24,406 nucleotides of DNA from Chloroflexota bacterium (GTDB lineage Bacteria; Chloroflexota; Limnocylindria; Limnocylindrales; CSP1-4): positions 1 through 24,406 of the forward strand of contig VBFZ01000128.1 of NCBI GenBank assembly GCA_005880805.1, read 5' to 3'. Made by a program: the position numbers and the translations under genes. Of this stretch, positions 8,927-17,290 are shown piece after piece. How positions within the stretch are numbered: position 1 is the first letter of the stretch; each line of letters starts with the position of its first letter. The notes beneath the pieces are model-generated. The model had not been told where the DNA came from. It did not search any database and saw nothing but the letters and a program-made list of their open reading frames with translations.

Positions 8927-10225
8927 TCAGCCCCCGGTCGCCGACGGCGACGGGCTCTCGGCGGGCAGTCGCCGCGGGAGCGGCCGGGGCGCCGTAACGG
9001 AACGTTGGGCGGGCGTCCGGGCGCTCGTCAGCGCGGCCGCCGGAGCGGTATCCGAGCCGGGCAGCACTCCGGCAGGAGATGGCGGCTCCGACAGACGAGC
9101 ATGGGCATATCGAACGAGGTCGTGCACGATTGCCACGATCGGGGCGGACAGAAGGAGCGGCAGGATCCCGAACTGCCCGATTGCCACGATGCCGGGCACC
9201 ATGATCGCGGGATGCACCCTCAGCCGGCGCTCCTTCAGGCGGGAGCCGAGGAGCGCGGACCCCACGAATCGCGCGACGAGGTATGCCGCCACGTATGCGA
9301 GGCCGCGATCGGGTTGGACGGGCAGGATGAGGAGCGCCGGCAGCAGTCCCAGGAGCCCGCCGATCGCTGGCACGAGCTGCGTCGCGCCCGCAATCAGCGC
9401 AAGGGCTACCGGCTCACGGAACTCCGGGCCGCCGAGCCGCGGTGAGGCCCGGAGGCCGACCCAGGTGGCCAGCCCGACCAGCGCCGCCACAGTTACATAC
9501 CCGCGCAGGTAGGAGCCGGTCGCCCGATCGAGGATTCCGACCGCCGCCCAGGCATCGCGCCTGAGCCATGGCGCCATGCGCCGATCGACGGCGGCTCGTG
9601 CGCGCCGGACGTCGGTCATCACGGTCAGCATCCACGTCGGCAGCACGATCAGGCCGACGAGCGCGCCAATTGCACCGAGCAGGCCGGAAACCACGGCCCC
9701 GAGCAAATCGTCGAGGCGACCCTGAGCGCTGGCGAGCAGGTCCCGGACGCCCGTCGCGATCCCGGACAGGAGCGTCGCCACCGGCCGGCTTGACTCCGCC
9801 GGCGTTCCAAGGGACGCCGCGAAGCGATTGATGGCCGCGTCAACCTGAGTTCCGGTTGGAAGGTCGACGCCCGTCCGGATGAGCTGGAAGACGATGGGCG
9901 GAACGACCAGCAGTGCGATTCCGGCCACCGTGACGCCGACGGCCGCGACTGACAGGAAGGCTGCGAGTGGTCGTGGCATGACGTTGTCCAACGCGTTGAC
10001 GATGGGCAGCAGCATGTAGGCGACGATGCCGCCGACGACGAAGGGGAGCAGTGCCGGCCAGCTCGCGGCGGCGAGCCAGCCAAGGCCGCCGACGACCGCC
10101 GTGAACAGGCCTGCTCGCGCGAGCGCGCGAGGCGTCACCGTCTGGAGGCGCGCTCGGAGCTCGCCCCACTCGCGGGCCGCCCTGGCCTGAGCCGACGATT
10201 GCTCCAGTGGAGGCACGAGGTCCAC
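8927..10225 (-). CDS. AI-2E family (UPF0118/PerM-like) transporter
   Basis: 432 aa, about 8 TM, with AI-2E topology and motifs. GTG start. Disordered Pro/Ser-rich C-terminal tail. It is translationally coupled to the SPFH gene. Confidence 0.75.
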   Translation of the reverse strand: MDLVPPLEQSSAQARAAREWGELRARLQTVTPRALARAGLFTAVVGGLGWLAAASWPALLPFVVGGIVAYMLLPIVNALDNVMPRPLAAFLSVAAVGVTVAGIALLVVPPIVFQLIRTGVDLPTGTQVDAAINRFAASLGTPAESSRPVATLLSGIATGVRDLLASAQGRLDDLLGAVVSGLLGAIGALVGLIVLPTWMLTVMTDVRRARAAVDRRMAPWLRRDAWAAVGILDRATGSYLRGYVTVAALVGLATWVGLRASPRLGGPEFREPVALALIAGATQLVPAIGGLLGLLPALLILPVQPDRGLAYVAAYLVARFVGSALLGSRLKERRLRVHPAIMVPGIVAIGQFGILPLLLSAPIVAIVHDLVRYAHARLSEPPSPAGVLPGSDTAPAAALTSARTPAQRSVTAPRPLPRRLPAESPSPSATGG

Positions 10226-10414
10226 CTTGGATCGGACGGCGCCGATTGGCGATGGCGCTCGCCCCAGTCATTCGGGTACGGCCGACACCGCCTTGTCCAC
10301 CCGCCGCACCACGGTGGGTGCTCACCCTTGTCGGCGCGGCTCCGCGGGCCATGATCCAGATGCCGGAAGCGATCGAGATGCCGGCAGCCACGGTGCGCCC
10401 AGAGGAGGCATGCA

Positions 10415-12502
10415 TTGAAGGGTCTCGTCGACTTCTACGCCACCCAGGTGAGGCTGCTCTGGGAATGGCGTGGCGGCAGGCTCGCGCTCTTGAAGCGACT
10501 GGTCATCACCCTCGCCGTCGCCACCTTGTCGTTCGCGCTGACCGCAGCCCTGCTGCCAGGGCTCTCGGTCGCCTCACTATCCGCAGCTGCCCTGGCCGTC
10601 ATCCTGATTGCGCTCTTCAACGCACTCGTCCGGCCGCTGGCGCTGGCCTTCATCGCGCCGCGGTCGCTGATCCTGACGGGGATCGCCGTACTCGTCCTCC
10701 AGGTCGCGGCATTCCTCGTCGTCGAGCGCTGGTCGCCAGGCGTCAGCGTGTCGAGCACCATTACGGCAATCGTCGCGTCGTTTGTCTACGCGATCATCAA
10801 CACGACGCTCACGGCGATCCTGGGCGTCGATCGCGGGGGATCGTATTTCGGGTACCTGGTCCAGGCGTTGCGGGCGAAGGGCGCGGCGCCGGCCACGGAC
10901 CGGCCTGGCGTGGTCATCTTCCAGATCGATGGTCTTGCCTATCCGATCCTCGCGGCCCGCGTGCGCGCGGGCTCCGTAAACACGATGGCGAGCTGGATAC
11001 GGAACGGCACCCACCGACTGTCTCGATGGGAGGCGCAGCTCCCGTCGATGACGTCAGCCAGCCAGCTCGGGATCCTGCACGGCAACAACGACGGGATCCC
11101 GGCATTCCGATGGTTCGAGCGCGACCGCCAGAAATTGATGGTTTCGAGCAACCCCGCCGACGCCGCCGAGATGGTCCATCGGGCTTCGAACGGCGAGGGG
11201 CTGCTGTCCAACGACGGCGTCAGTATCTGCAACCTCGTCACCGGCGACGCTACACGCTCATACGTCACGACGGCCGCCCTCGCCGACGGCTCTCGCGGCC
11301 TCGGGGACAGCCGCGCGTTCCTGCCCTTCTTCTTCAGCCCGACGGGCTACCTGCGCTCGCTCACGCTGTTCCTCGGTGAGCTCATCACCGAGCGCATCCA
11401 GGACCGCCGAACGAGGCGCGCGGGCGTCGTTCCACGCCTGGACCGGGACTTCAAGTACGCGGGGATGCGCGCCGCGAGCAACGTGTTCCTCCGCGACATG
11501 AACGTCTCCCTCATCATCGAGGAGATGTACCGCGGCGCGAACGTCATCTATGCGGACTTCACCGATTACGACGAGATTGCCCATCACTCCGGACCGGAGC
11601 GTGTCGAGGCGCTTCAGGCGCTGGATGGCATCGACGCAGCGTTCGCCACGATCGTCAAGGCGGCTGAAGACGTTCCGCGTCCCTACCGCTTCGTCGTCCT
11701 GTCCGATCACGGCCAGAGCCTCGGCTCCACATTCAAGCAGCGCTACGGCGAGAGTCTTGGCGGCCTGGTGCGCCGGCTGATGGGCGGCCGCGCGACCGTC
11801 GCCGAGCAGCGGTCGCGCGGAGAAGGCGCGGCGTTCACGAATACGTTCCTGTCCGAGGTGGTTCGCACCAGCGGAGCGAGCGCGTCGGTCGCGCGGCTGG
11901 CGCTCGCGGACCGGACGACCGATGGCGTGGTCGATATCGATCCGGAGCCACAGCTCGGCACGTCGAGCGAAGTCGCCCAGATCGTCGTGGTGGGGTCGGG
12001 CAACCTGGGCCTCGTCTACTTCACGGGGTTCGACCATCGACTGACCGTCGAAGAGCTCGAGGAGCGGCATCCAGGCCTGATCGCGAGCCTCGCCGATCAC
12101 CCGGGGGTCAGCTTCGTCTGCGTTCGATCGAGAGCGCGCGGGGGGCTGGTGGTCGGATCGCAGGGCGCTCGCTACCTCGTGGACGGACGGGTCGAGGGCA
12201 AGGACCCGCTCGAGACGTTCGGGCCCAACGCCGTCGCCAGCCTCTGCCGCGAGGACGCGATGGAGCACGCGCCCGACCTGCTGCTCATTAGCCAGTACGA
12301 CCCCGAGCTGGGCGAGGTTGCCGCGTTCGAGGAGCTCATCGGCTCACACGGCGGGCTCGGGGGCGCCCAGACGGAGCCATTCATCCTTCACCCGGCGGAG
12401 TGGAAGCTCGACGAGCCGGTCCCGCTCGGCGCGCCCGCGATCTACCGCAATCTTCGGCGCTGGCTCAAATCGGTCGGCATCCCGCTCGAACACGCTGCCT
12501 GA
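10415..12502 (+). CDS. fusion protein: N-terminal 4-TM phage-holin-4-like (DUF360-type) domain + alkaline-phosphatase-superfamily (type I phosphodiesterase / nucleotide pyrophosphatase-like) domain
   Basis: TTG start 7 nt after AGGAGG. Residues about 30-140 form four TM helices. From PGVVIFQIDGLAYPIL onward there is a metal-dependent phosphatase fold with the typical DHG motif (VVLSDHGQS). Confidence 0.68.
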   Translation: MKGLVDFYATQVRLLWEWRGGRLALLKRLVITLAVATLSFALTAALLPGLSVASLSAAALAVILIALFNALVRPLALAFIAPRSLILTGIAVLVLQVAAFLVVERWSPGVSVSSTITAIVASFVYAIINTTLTAILGVDRGGSYFGYLVQALRAKGAAPATDRPGVVIFQIDGLAYPILAARVRAGSVNTMASWIRNGTHRLSRWEAQLPSMTSASQLGILHGNNDGIPAFRWFERDRQKLMVSSNPADAAEMVHRASNGEGLLSNDGVSICNLVTGDATRSYVTTAALADGSRGLGDSRAFLPFFFSPTGYLRSLTLFLGELITERIQDRRTRRAGVVPRLDRDFKYAGMRAASNVFLRDMNVSLIIEEMYRGANVIYADFTDYDEIAHHSGPERVEALQALDGIDAAFATIVKAAEDVPRPYRFVVLSDHGQSLGSTFKQRYGESLGGLVRRLMGGRATVAEQRSRGEGAAFTNTFLSEVVRTSGASASVARLALADRTTDGVVDIDPEPQLGTSSEVAQIVVVGSGNLGLVYFTGFDHRLTVEELEERHPGLIASLADHPGVSFVCVRSRARGGLVVGSQGARYLVDGRVEGKDPLETFGPNAVASLCREDAMEHAPDLLLISQYDPELGEVAAFEELIGSHGGLGGAQTEPFILHPAEWKLDEPVPLGAPAIYRNLRRWLKSVGIPLEHAA

Positions 12503-12650
12503 CCTCAACGTTGCCGGGAGGCGTGTGCACCTCGAGGCCGTTCTAGCCGGCGCCCTTGTGGCTGCGCTCGCCCGAAACCTAGGCTGACTTGCTTCGCTCC
12601 GGATCCGTCCGGACCGCCGGGGGTCGCGCGAACATGGGAGGGCTGCAGCC

Positions 12651-13286
12651 ATGACGCTCGAGGGGATCCTGGTCGGGCTCGTCGTCATCATCGTCGGGCT
12701 CGCGTGGGCGTTCTACGGCTTGCGCGCGTTCACGATCCTCCTGCCCATCTGGGCTTTCATCGTCGGCTTCGGCGCCGGCGCAAGCTGGATCCAGGAGCTC
12801 TTCGGGGGCGGCTTCCTGGCAACCACGACGTCGTGGGTCGGCGGCTTCTTCATTGGACTCGTGCTGGCCCTGCTCAGCTACTTCCTGTATTACGCGGCCG
12901 TCGTTCTCCTCGGCGGCGCCCTCGGCTACACGCTTGCCGCGGGGTTCGCGGTGGGCATCGGGCTGCCCAACTTCCTCGCGATCATCGTCGGGCTCGTGGC
13001 CGGGGCAGCTCTCGGGGCGGCGGTCCTCCTGCTCGCGATGCCGGCCTTCCTCGTGGTCTGGCTGTCGGCGATTGGCGGCGCGACGGCGGTCGCCAACGGC
13101 CTGCTGATCCTTCTCGGCCGGATCGACCTCAAGGACATCGAAGGCGGCCTCGGACAGGGCCTCCTGCGCGATCCCGCGATCGCGGTCGTCACCGTGATCG
13201 TCGTCGCGGCCGCGGGGATCTACTACCAGATGCGGGAGGTGACCGAGTCGACGGTCGCGGTCGAACGGGCGACCTACCGGGCGTGA
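12651..13286 (+). CDS. polytopic membrane protein, DUF4203-like (about 7 TM, Gly/Ala-rich helices)
   Basis: ATG start after GGGAGGG. 211 aa, almost entirely hydrophobic helices. Confidence 0.5.
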   Translation: MTLEGILVGLVVIIVGLAWAFYGLRAFTILLPIWAFIVGFGAGASWIQELFGGGFLATTTSWVGGFFIGLVLALLSYFLYYAAVVLLGGALGYTLAAGFAVGIGLPNFLAIIVGLVAGAALGAAVLLLAMPAFLVVWLSAIGGATAVANGLLILLGRIDLKDIEGGLGQGLLRDPAIAVVTVIVVAAAGIYYQMREVTESTVAVERATYRA

Positions 13287-13345
13287 TTCCGGAGACGGTC
13301 GGGGAGGTGGACTGAACGTCGAGCCAATCCGACCGCCGGGATCGA

Positions 13346-15580
13346 ATGGCACGCCCTGGACCGCCCCCCGAGGCCCGGCCGGACGCGACGACGACGATCG
13401 ACGTTGCGGGCGACCAGCTCGTGCCCGCATGGCTGCAGCGCCTTGCAGCGATCGGCTGGCGTGTGCTCGCCACGCTCCTGGTCGGTGCCGTCTTCGCGGC
13501 GGTCGGGATCTACCTGTCGACGGTCACCGCGGCCATCCTCGTAGGGGTGATCGTCGTCGCCACATTCGGCCCGATCGATCAATACCTGCGCACCCGGCGC
13601 GGCTGGCCACGCGGTCCGGCCGCGGCCATCACCAGCGTGATCGCGCTGGGGGCGGTCATCCTGACGGTGTTCCTCGTCGTGGTCGCGTTCGTCCCATACA
13701 CGATCGACCTCCTCAGGACCATCCAGGCCGCTGTCGATGGGCTCCTCGGTTGGCTGACCAACGTCGGAGCCCCGCCCGGCCTCATCGACCTGGTAACGGG
13801 CCTCATCCGCGGCGTCGAGGGATGGCTGACAGCAGCCGTCGCGCAGCTCGCGGGACCGATCGGCACGGTCGTCACGATCCTCGTCCTCGGCGGATTCCTG
13901 ACCTTCTACCTGCTCGAGGACGGCGACCGCGCGTGGGCGACGATCACGGAGAACCTCGACGAGTGGCGCAAGGACGCGTTGACGGCAAGGGGGGTCGTCG
14001 CCTTCTCCCAGGTTGGCGACTACCTTCGAGGCACGGCGATCCTGGCGGTGACCGCGGCGCTTTCGAGGGTCGCGTTCCTGCTCGTCCTGGGCGTGCCCTT
14101 CGTCGGGCCGCTGGGCGTGATCGTCTTCCTGAGCGGGTTTGTTCCGTACCTCGGCCCGCTCTTCGCGACAGCCGTCCTGTCCCTGGTGACGCTGGCCACG
14201 CGCGGGCCGGTCGCCGTCGTCGCCCTGCTCCTGTTGATCGTCGCTGCCGGGTTCGCCCAGAACCGGTTGCTTACTCGCTTCGTTTACCGCAGCACGGTCA
14301 GGGTGCCGGCGGCGATCGTGCTCATCGTGGTCTCGGCCGGCGCCGCCTTGTTCGGCATCGGCGGAGTGTTTGCGGCCGTGCCCGTCGGCGCCGCGATCGC
14401 CGCCTTCGCTCCCGCCGTGATCCAGGCGCTCGGGGCGGACAGCGACGCGAAGGCCGCCCGCACGGTTCAGGACGAGGTGGGCGCCGGATCCGATCGCGCG
14501 CTCGTGCCGATCTGGCTGGACCGTCTCGGTCAGTGGTCCTGGCGTGCCCTCGTCGTGCTGGCGCTGGCGGCCGTCGCGGTGCAGCTGATCGTCGTTCCGA
14601 TCTTCAGCGCACCCGTGGTCATCGCGATCATCGTCGCCTGCGCGATGAAGCCGAGCTCCGACCGCCTCCGCGAGCGAGGGCTGACTCCAACGTCGGCCGC
14701 ACTGGTGGTCACTCTCGGCACGGTGCTCGTCGTATCCGTCGTGCTCGTGGCCACGATCGTATCGCTCGCCGGACAGCTGCCGGAAATCGTGGCGCAGGCG
14801 TCGACCGGCGCGAGCCACATGAATCTCGGCCCCGTCCCGAGCGACCTGGTCCGCTCCCTCGGACCAACCCTGATCCCGACCGCCGCCGCGCTGGTGAGCA
14901 ATGTCGCCGGGATCGCTGTCGTGCTGGTGACCGCGGCGCTGCTCACCTTCTTCTTCCTGCGCGACGGGCCGGACTGGTGGGCCCGGTTGCTCCAGCGCAT
15001 CCCCGCCAACAGGCGCGCGGTCCTGGGGGACGCCGGCGCACGCGCAGCGCGCATCGTCAACGGGTCGACGGTCGGTACCGGGATCGTGTCGTTCTTCGGC
15101 GCGGTAACGCAGGGGGCCACGATGGCGATCCTCGGCCTGCCGCTGGCGTTCCCGATCGCGGTCCTGACATTCGTCGGCGGGTTTAGCCCCTACGTCGGGA
15201 CGTTCATCACGACGGGTCTGGGGTTCCTCATTGCCGTCGCGGTCGGCGACACGTTCGACATCGTCGTGATGGCGATCTTCACCGTCGTTTTCAACATCGT
15301 CCAGGGCAACTTCGTCGCGCCGCTCGTGTACGGCAAGGCGGTCAGCCTCCACCCGGCGGTGGTTTTGCTGGCTGCGCCCATCGGGGCGGCCGTCGGTGGA
15401 ATCGTGGGGATGATCCTCGTCGTGCCCGTCTTCGGGGTCATCGCCGCGACCTGGCGATCGATCATCTACCTCTTCGATCCCGGCGAAGAGCGCGGGACGC
15501 CGTTCGGCGTCCAGCCCGCAGGCGAGATCCAACCCCCGGCTGTCGAGAGCACCAGCCCGGCTCCGGCCCGGAGCTCGTAG
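13346..15580 (+). CDS. tandem double AI-2E family transporter (two complete UPF0118 domains fused, about 16 TM)
   Basis: 744 aa. Domain 1 (about 20-365) and domain 2 (about 380-744) each carry the AI-2E hallmarks. Compare LVPAWLQRLAAIGWRVLATL with LVPIWLDRLGQWSWRALVVL; LTFYLLEDGDRAW with LTFFFLRDGPDWW; and GFVPYLGPL with GFSPYVGTF. Confidence 0.75.
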   Translation: MARPGPPPEARPDATTTIDVAGDQLVPAWLQRLAAIGWRVLATLLVGAVFAAVGIYLSTVTAAILVGVIVVATFGPIDQYLRTRRGWPRGPAAAITSVIALGAVILTVFLVVVAFVPYTIDLLRTIQAAVDGLLGWLTNVGAPPGLIDLVTGLIRGVEGWLTAAVAQLAGPIGTVVTILVLGGFLTFYLLEDGDRAWATITENLDEWRKDALTARGVVAFSQVGDYLRGTAILAVTAALSRVAFLLVLGVPFVGPLGVIVFLSGFVPYLGPLFATAVLSLVTLATRGPVAVVALLLLIVAAGFAQNRLLTRFVYRSTVRVPAAIVLIVVSAGAALFGIGGVFAAVPVGAAIAAFAPAVIQALGADSDAKAARTVQDEVGAGSDRALVPIWLDRLGQWSWRALVVLALAAVAVQLIVVPIFSAPVVIAIIVACAMKPSSDRLRERGLTPTSAALVVTLGTVLVVSVVLVATIVSLAGQLPEIVAQASTGASHMNLGPVPSDLVRSLGPTLIPTAAALVSNVAGIAVVLVTAALLTFFFLRDGPDWWARLLQRIPANRRAVLGDAGARAARIVNGSTVGTGIVSFFGAVTQGATMAILGLPLAFPIAVLTFVGGFSPYVGTFITTGLGFLIAVAVGDTFDIVVMAIFTVVFNIVQGNFVAPLVYGKAVSLHPAVVLLAAPIGAAVGGIVGMILVVPVFGVIAATWRSIIYLFDPGEERGTPFGVQPAGEIQPPAVESTSPAPARSS

Positions 15581-15583
15581 GGA

Positions 15584-16573
15584 TCAGGCTGCTGGTCCGG
15601 CCGCTCCCGGCGATTCTGGCGATTGACCGGGCGATGGCACGCCCACGGTCGTCGCGAGGCGGTCGATCGAGTGGTTCAGGGCGGTTACGTCGGTCTGTCG
15701 CGTCGCTTCCGCGTTTTCACGGGCGTCGACCGTTGCCAACGCGCCGGTCGAGAGGCCCTCGAGCTCGACCTCGGTCGTCGTGGCGAGCACGCGCAGCTGA
15801 TCGCCAACCGCGCCCGCTTCCTGCGCTGCCTCCTGGCTCGGCCCGCTCGCCGCCAGCTGCTGGAACGTCATGGTGTAGTCGCGGGCAGACGCGATCGCGC
15901 TCCTGAAGGCCTGCTGCTCGCCAGGGTCGAGGGAAGCAGGCCGAGCGAACGTCGTCTGTAGTCCGCTCACCCCGCTCAGCGCGGATGTCGCTCTCCCGTT
16001 CCACGAGCGCTCGCGCGCCATGGCAGCGCGACGTTGCGCCAGCAGGGCCGCGCCCGCGGCGAGGAGTGCGAGGAGCGCCAGGATCCATGCCCAGGCGGGG
16101 ATACCCCCGGATGTCGTGCTAGTCGGGGCAATCGCGACGGCCGTCGTCGCGGTCGCCGTCGCGGTCGCGGAGGCGGAGGCGGCGGTCGGGGCCGGAGTCG
16201 CGGTCCCCGTGGAGGCCGTCGTGGGCGTTGAGGTCGGGGCCTTGGTTGGGGCGAGCGTCTTCGTCGGCGCCGGAGTGGGCGCCTTCGTTGGAGCTGCCGT
16301 GGGCTTCGGTGTGGCGGTCGGTGAAGGTCGCGGCGACACGAGGGCCGACGCTGTTGTGGACGCCTCTGGCGTGGCGGACGTGCCCGCGGACGGCGCCGCC
16401 GGCGATCGCACCGGACTCAGCGTCGGCGCCGGTTGCCTACTCCCGCTGGCCTGCGGGAGCGCCGAGGCGATCTCGCCCGAGCATGCCCCGAGAGCACTCT
16501 CGAGCGCGATCAGGCCAAGGATCGAGACGATCCCGAGCACCCTTGGCGACCGAGTTACCTGGTGCGACGCCAT
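15584..16573 (-). CDS. Pro/Thr/Ala-rich putative lipoprotein with internal TM segment and C-terminal Ala/Gln-rich domain
   Basis: Start trimmed to M28 (MASHQVTRSPRVLGIVSILGLIALESALGAC), which gives a lipobox L-G-A-C. A long PT(A)-rich low-complexity linker follows (APTKAPTPAPTKTLAPTKAPTSTPT), then a TM segment (IPAWAWILALLALLAAGAALLA). It converges on the AI-2E fusion with a 3-nt gap. Confidence 0.5.
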   Translation of the reverse strand: MASHQVTRSPRVLGIVSILGLIALESALGACSGEIASALPQASGSRQPAPTLSPVRSPAAPSAGTSATPEASTTASALVSPRPSPTATPKPTAAPTKAPTPAPTKTLAPTKAPTSTPTTASTGTATPAPTAASASATATATATTAVAIAPTSTTSGGIPAWAWILALLALLAAGAALLAQRRAAMARERSWNGRATSALSGVSGLQTTFARPASLDPGEQQAFRSAIASARDYTMTFQQLAASGPSQEAAQEAGAVGDQLRVLATTTEVELEGLSTGALATVDARENAEATRQTDVTALNHSIDRLATTVGVPSPGQSPESPGAAGPAA

Positions 16574-16601
16574 CGCTGTGGACGAGAGAGGCCCGACCTC
16601 G

Positions 16602-16874
16602 TCAGGCCGTATAGGCCGCCGCCCGGCCGCGGTAGCCCCAGGCCGAAGCGCCAAGGCTGCCGATATCGACGAGAAACGCGAGCGTGATCCACAGCCAGTC
16701 GAAGCCGGTTAGCCCCGCGGGCGACCACAGGAGGACGTACATCAGCGTGGTGAAGGGCACGAAGATGATGCCCAACAGCGCGACGAATCCCGAGCTGATG
16801 GCCGCCGTGAATACCGCGGGCCTGGCCAGCCAGACGAAAAAGATCGCCAGCCGCGGGAACGACAGACCGAGCAA
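16602..16874 (-). CDS. small hydrophobic protein (about 90 aa, 2-3 TM), hypothetical
   Basis: This frame has strong third-position GC and hydrophobic helices (LAIFFVWLARPAVFTAAISSGFVALLGIIFVPFTTLMYVLLW...). The tentative TTG start lies 16 nt after the CMD stop, but no clear RBS is present. The alternative Arg-rich frame (16555..16887) looks spurious. Confidence 0.3.
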   Translation of the reverse strand: MLGLSFPRLAIFFVWLARPAVFTAAISSGFVALLGIIFVPFTTLMYVLLWSPAGLTGFDWLWITLAFLVDIGSLGASAWGYRGRAAAYTA

Positions 16875-16890
16875 GCAGGCAGCCCACGGC

Positions 16891-17250
16891 CTAGTCGTCG
16901 TCTTCGTCGTCGGAGGACTCGGCCATGCCCATCGCACGGAGCATGTTCCCAGCCGCCGACACGACCCGCGCGCTGCCGACGATCGGGGCGACCGCCACGA
17001 GCGTTCCCTGTATCTCCTCCATCGGCACACCGATCTTGGCCGCGGCGCCGAGGTTCAGGAGGTAGGAAGCCGGTGCCGCGTCCGACGCCACCAAGGCCGC
17101 GATCCGGACCAGCGTGAAGGTTTCATCGTCGAGCCCGGAGCGGGCACGCGTGTCGATCGTCATCTGCGCGAGCTGCTCGAGAACGGGTGCCTCGCCGCGT
17201 CCGAGGGCCTCGATGTTCTTCTCGGGGTCCTGGCTCATGTTCGTGCTCAT
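16891..17250 (-). CDS. carboxymuconolactone decarboxylase (CMD/AhpD-like) family protein
   Basis: Start trimmed to MSTNMSQDPEKNIEALGRGEAPVLEQLAQMTID (AAGGAG RBS), giving 119 aa. It has the CMD-like helical core and an acidic C-terminal tail DDEDDD. Confidence 0.65.
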   Translation of the reverse strand: MSTNMSQDPEKNIEALGRGEAPVLEQLAQMTIDTRARSGLDDETFTLVRIAALVASDAAPASYLLNLGAAAKIGVPMEEIQGTLVAVAPIVGSARVVSAAGNMLRAMGMAESSDDEDDD

Positions 17251-17290
17251 GTCGCCGCTCCTTTCCTCTGCCCGCTCTGATTTCGTGAGC

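Noticed and set aside
12560-12600. Paired palindromes TCCGGA-N4-TCCGGA / CGGATCCG upstream of the DUF4203-like gene as an operator
   Set aside because: These are short 6-8-bp palindromes of restriction-site type that occur frequently by chance in GC-rich DNA, with no supporting context.
16555-16887. 110-aa Arg-rich ORF starting 3 nt after the CMD stop
   Set aside because: Its composition (R/G/H-rich, no hydrophobic core) is unlike the real genes. The overlapping hydrophobic frame (16602..16874) is the more plausible coding frame, if any.
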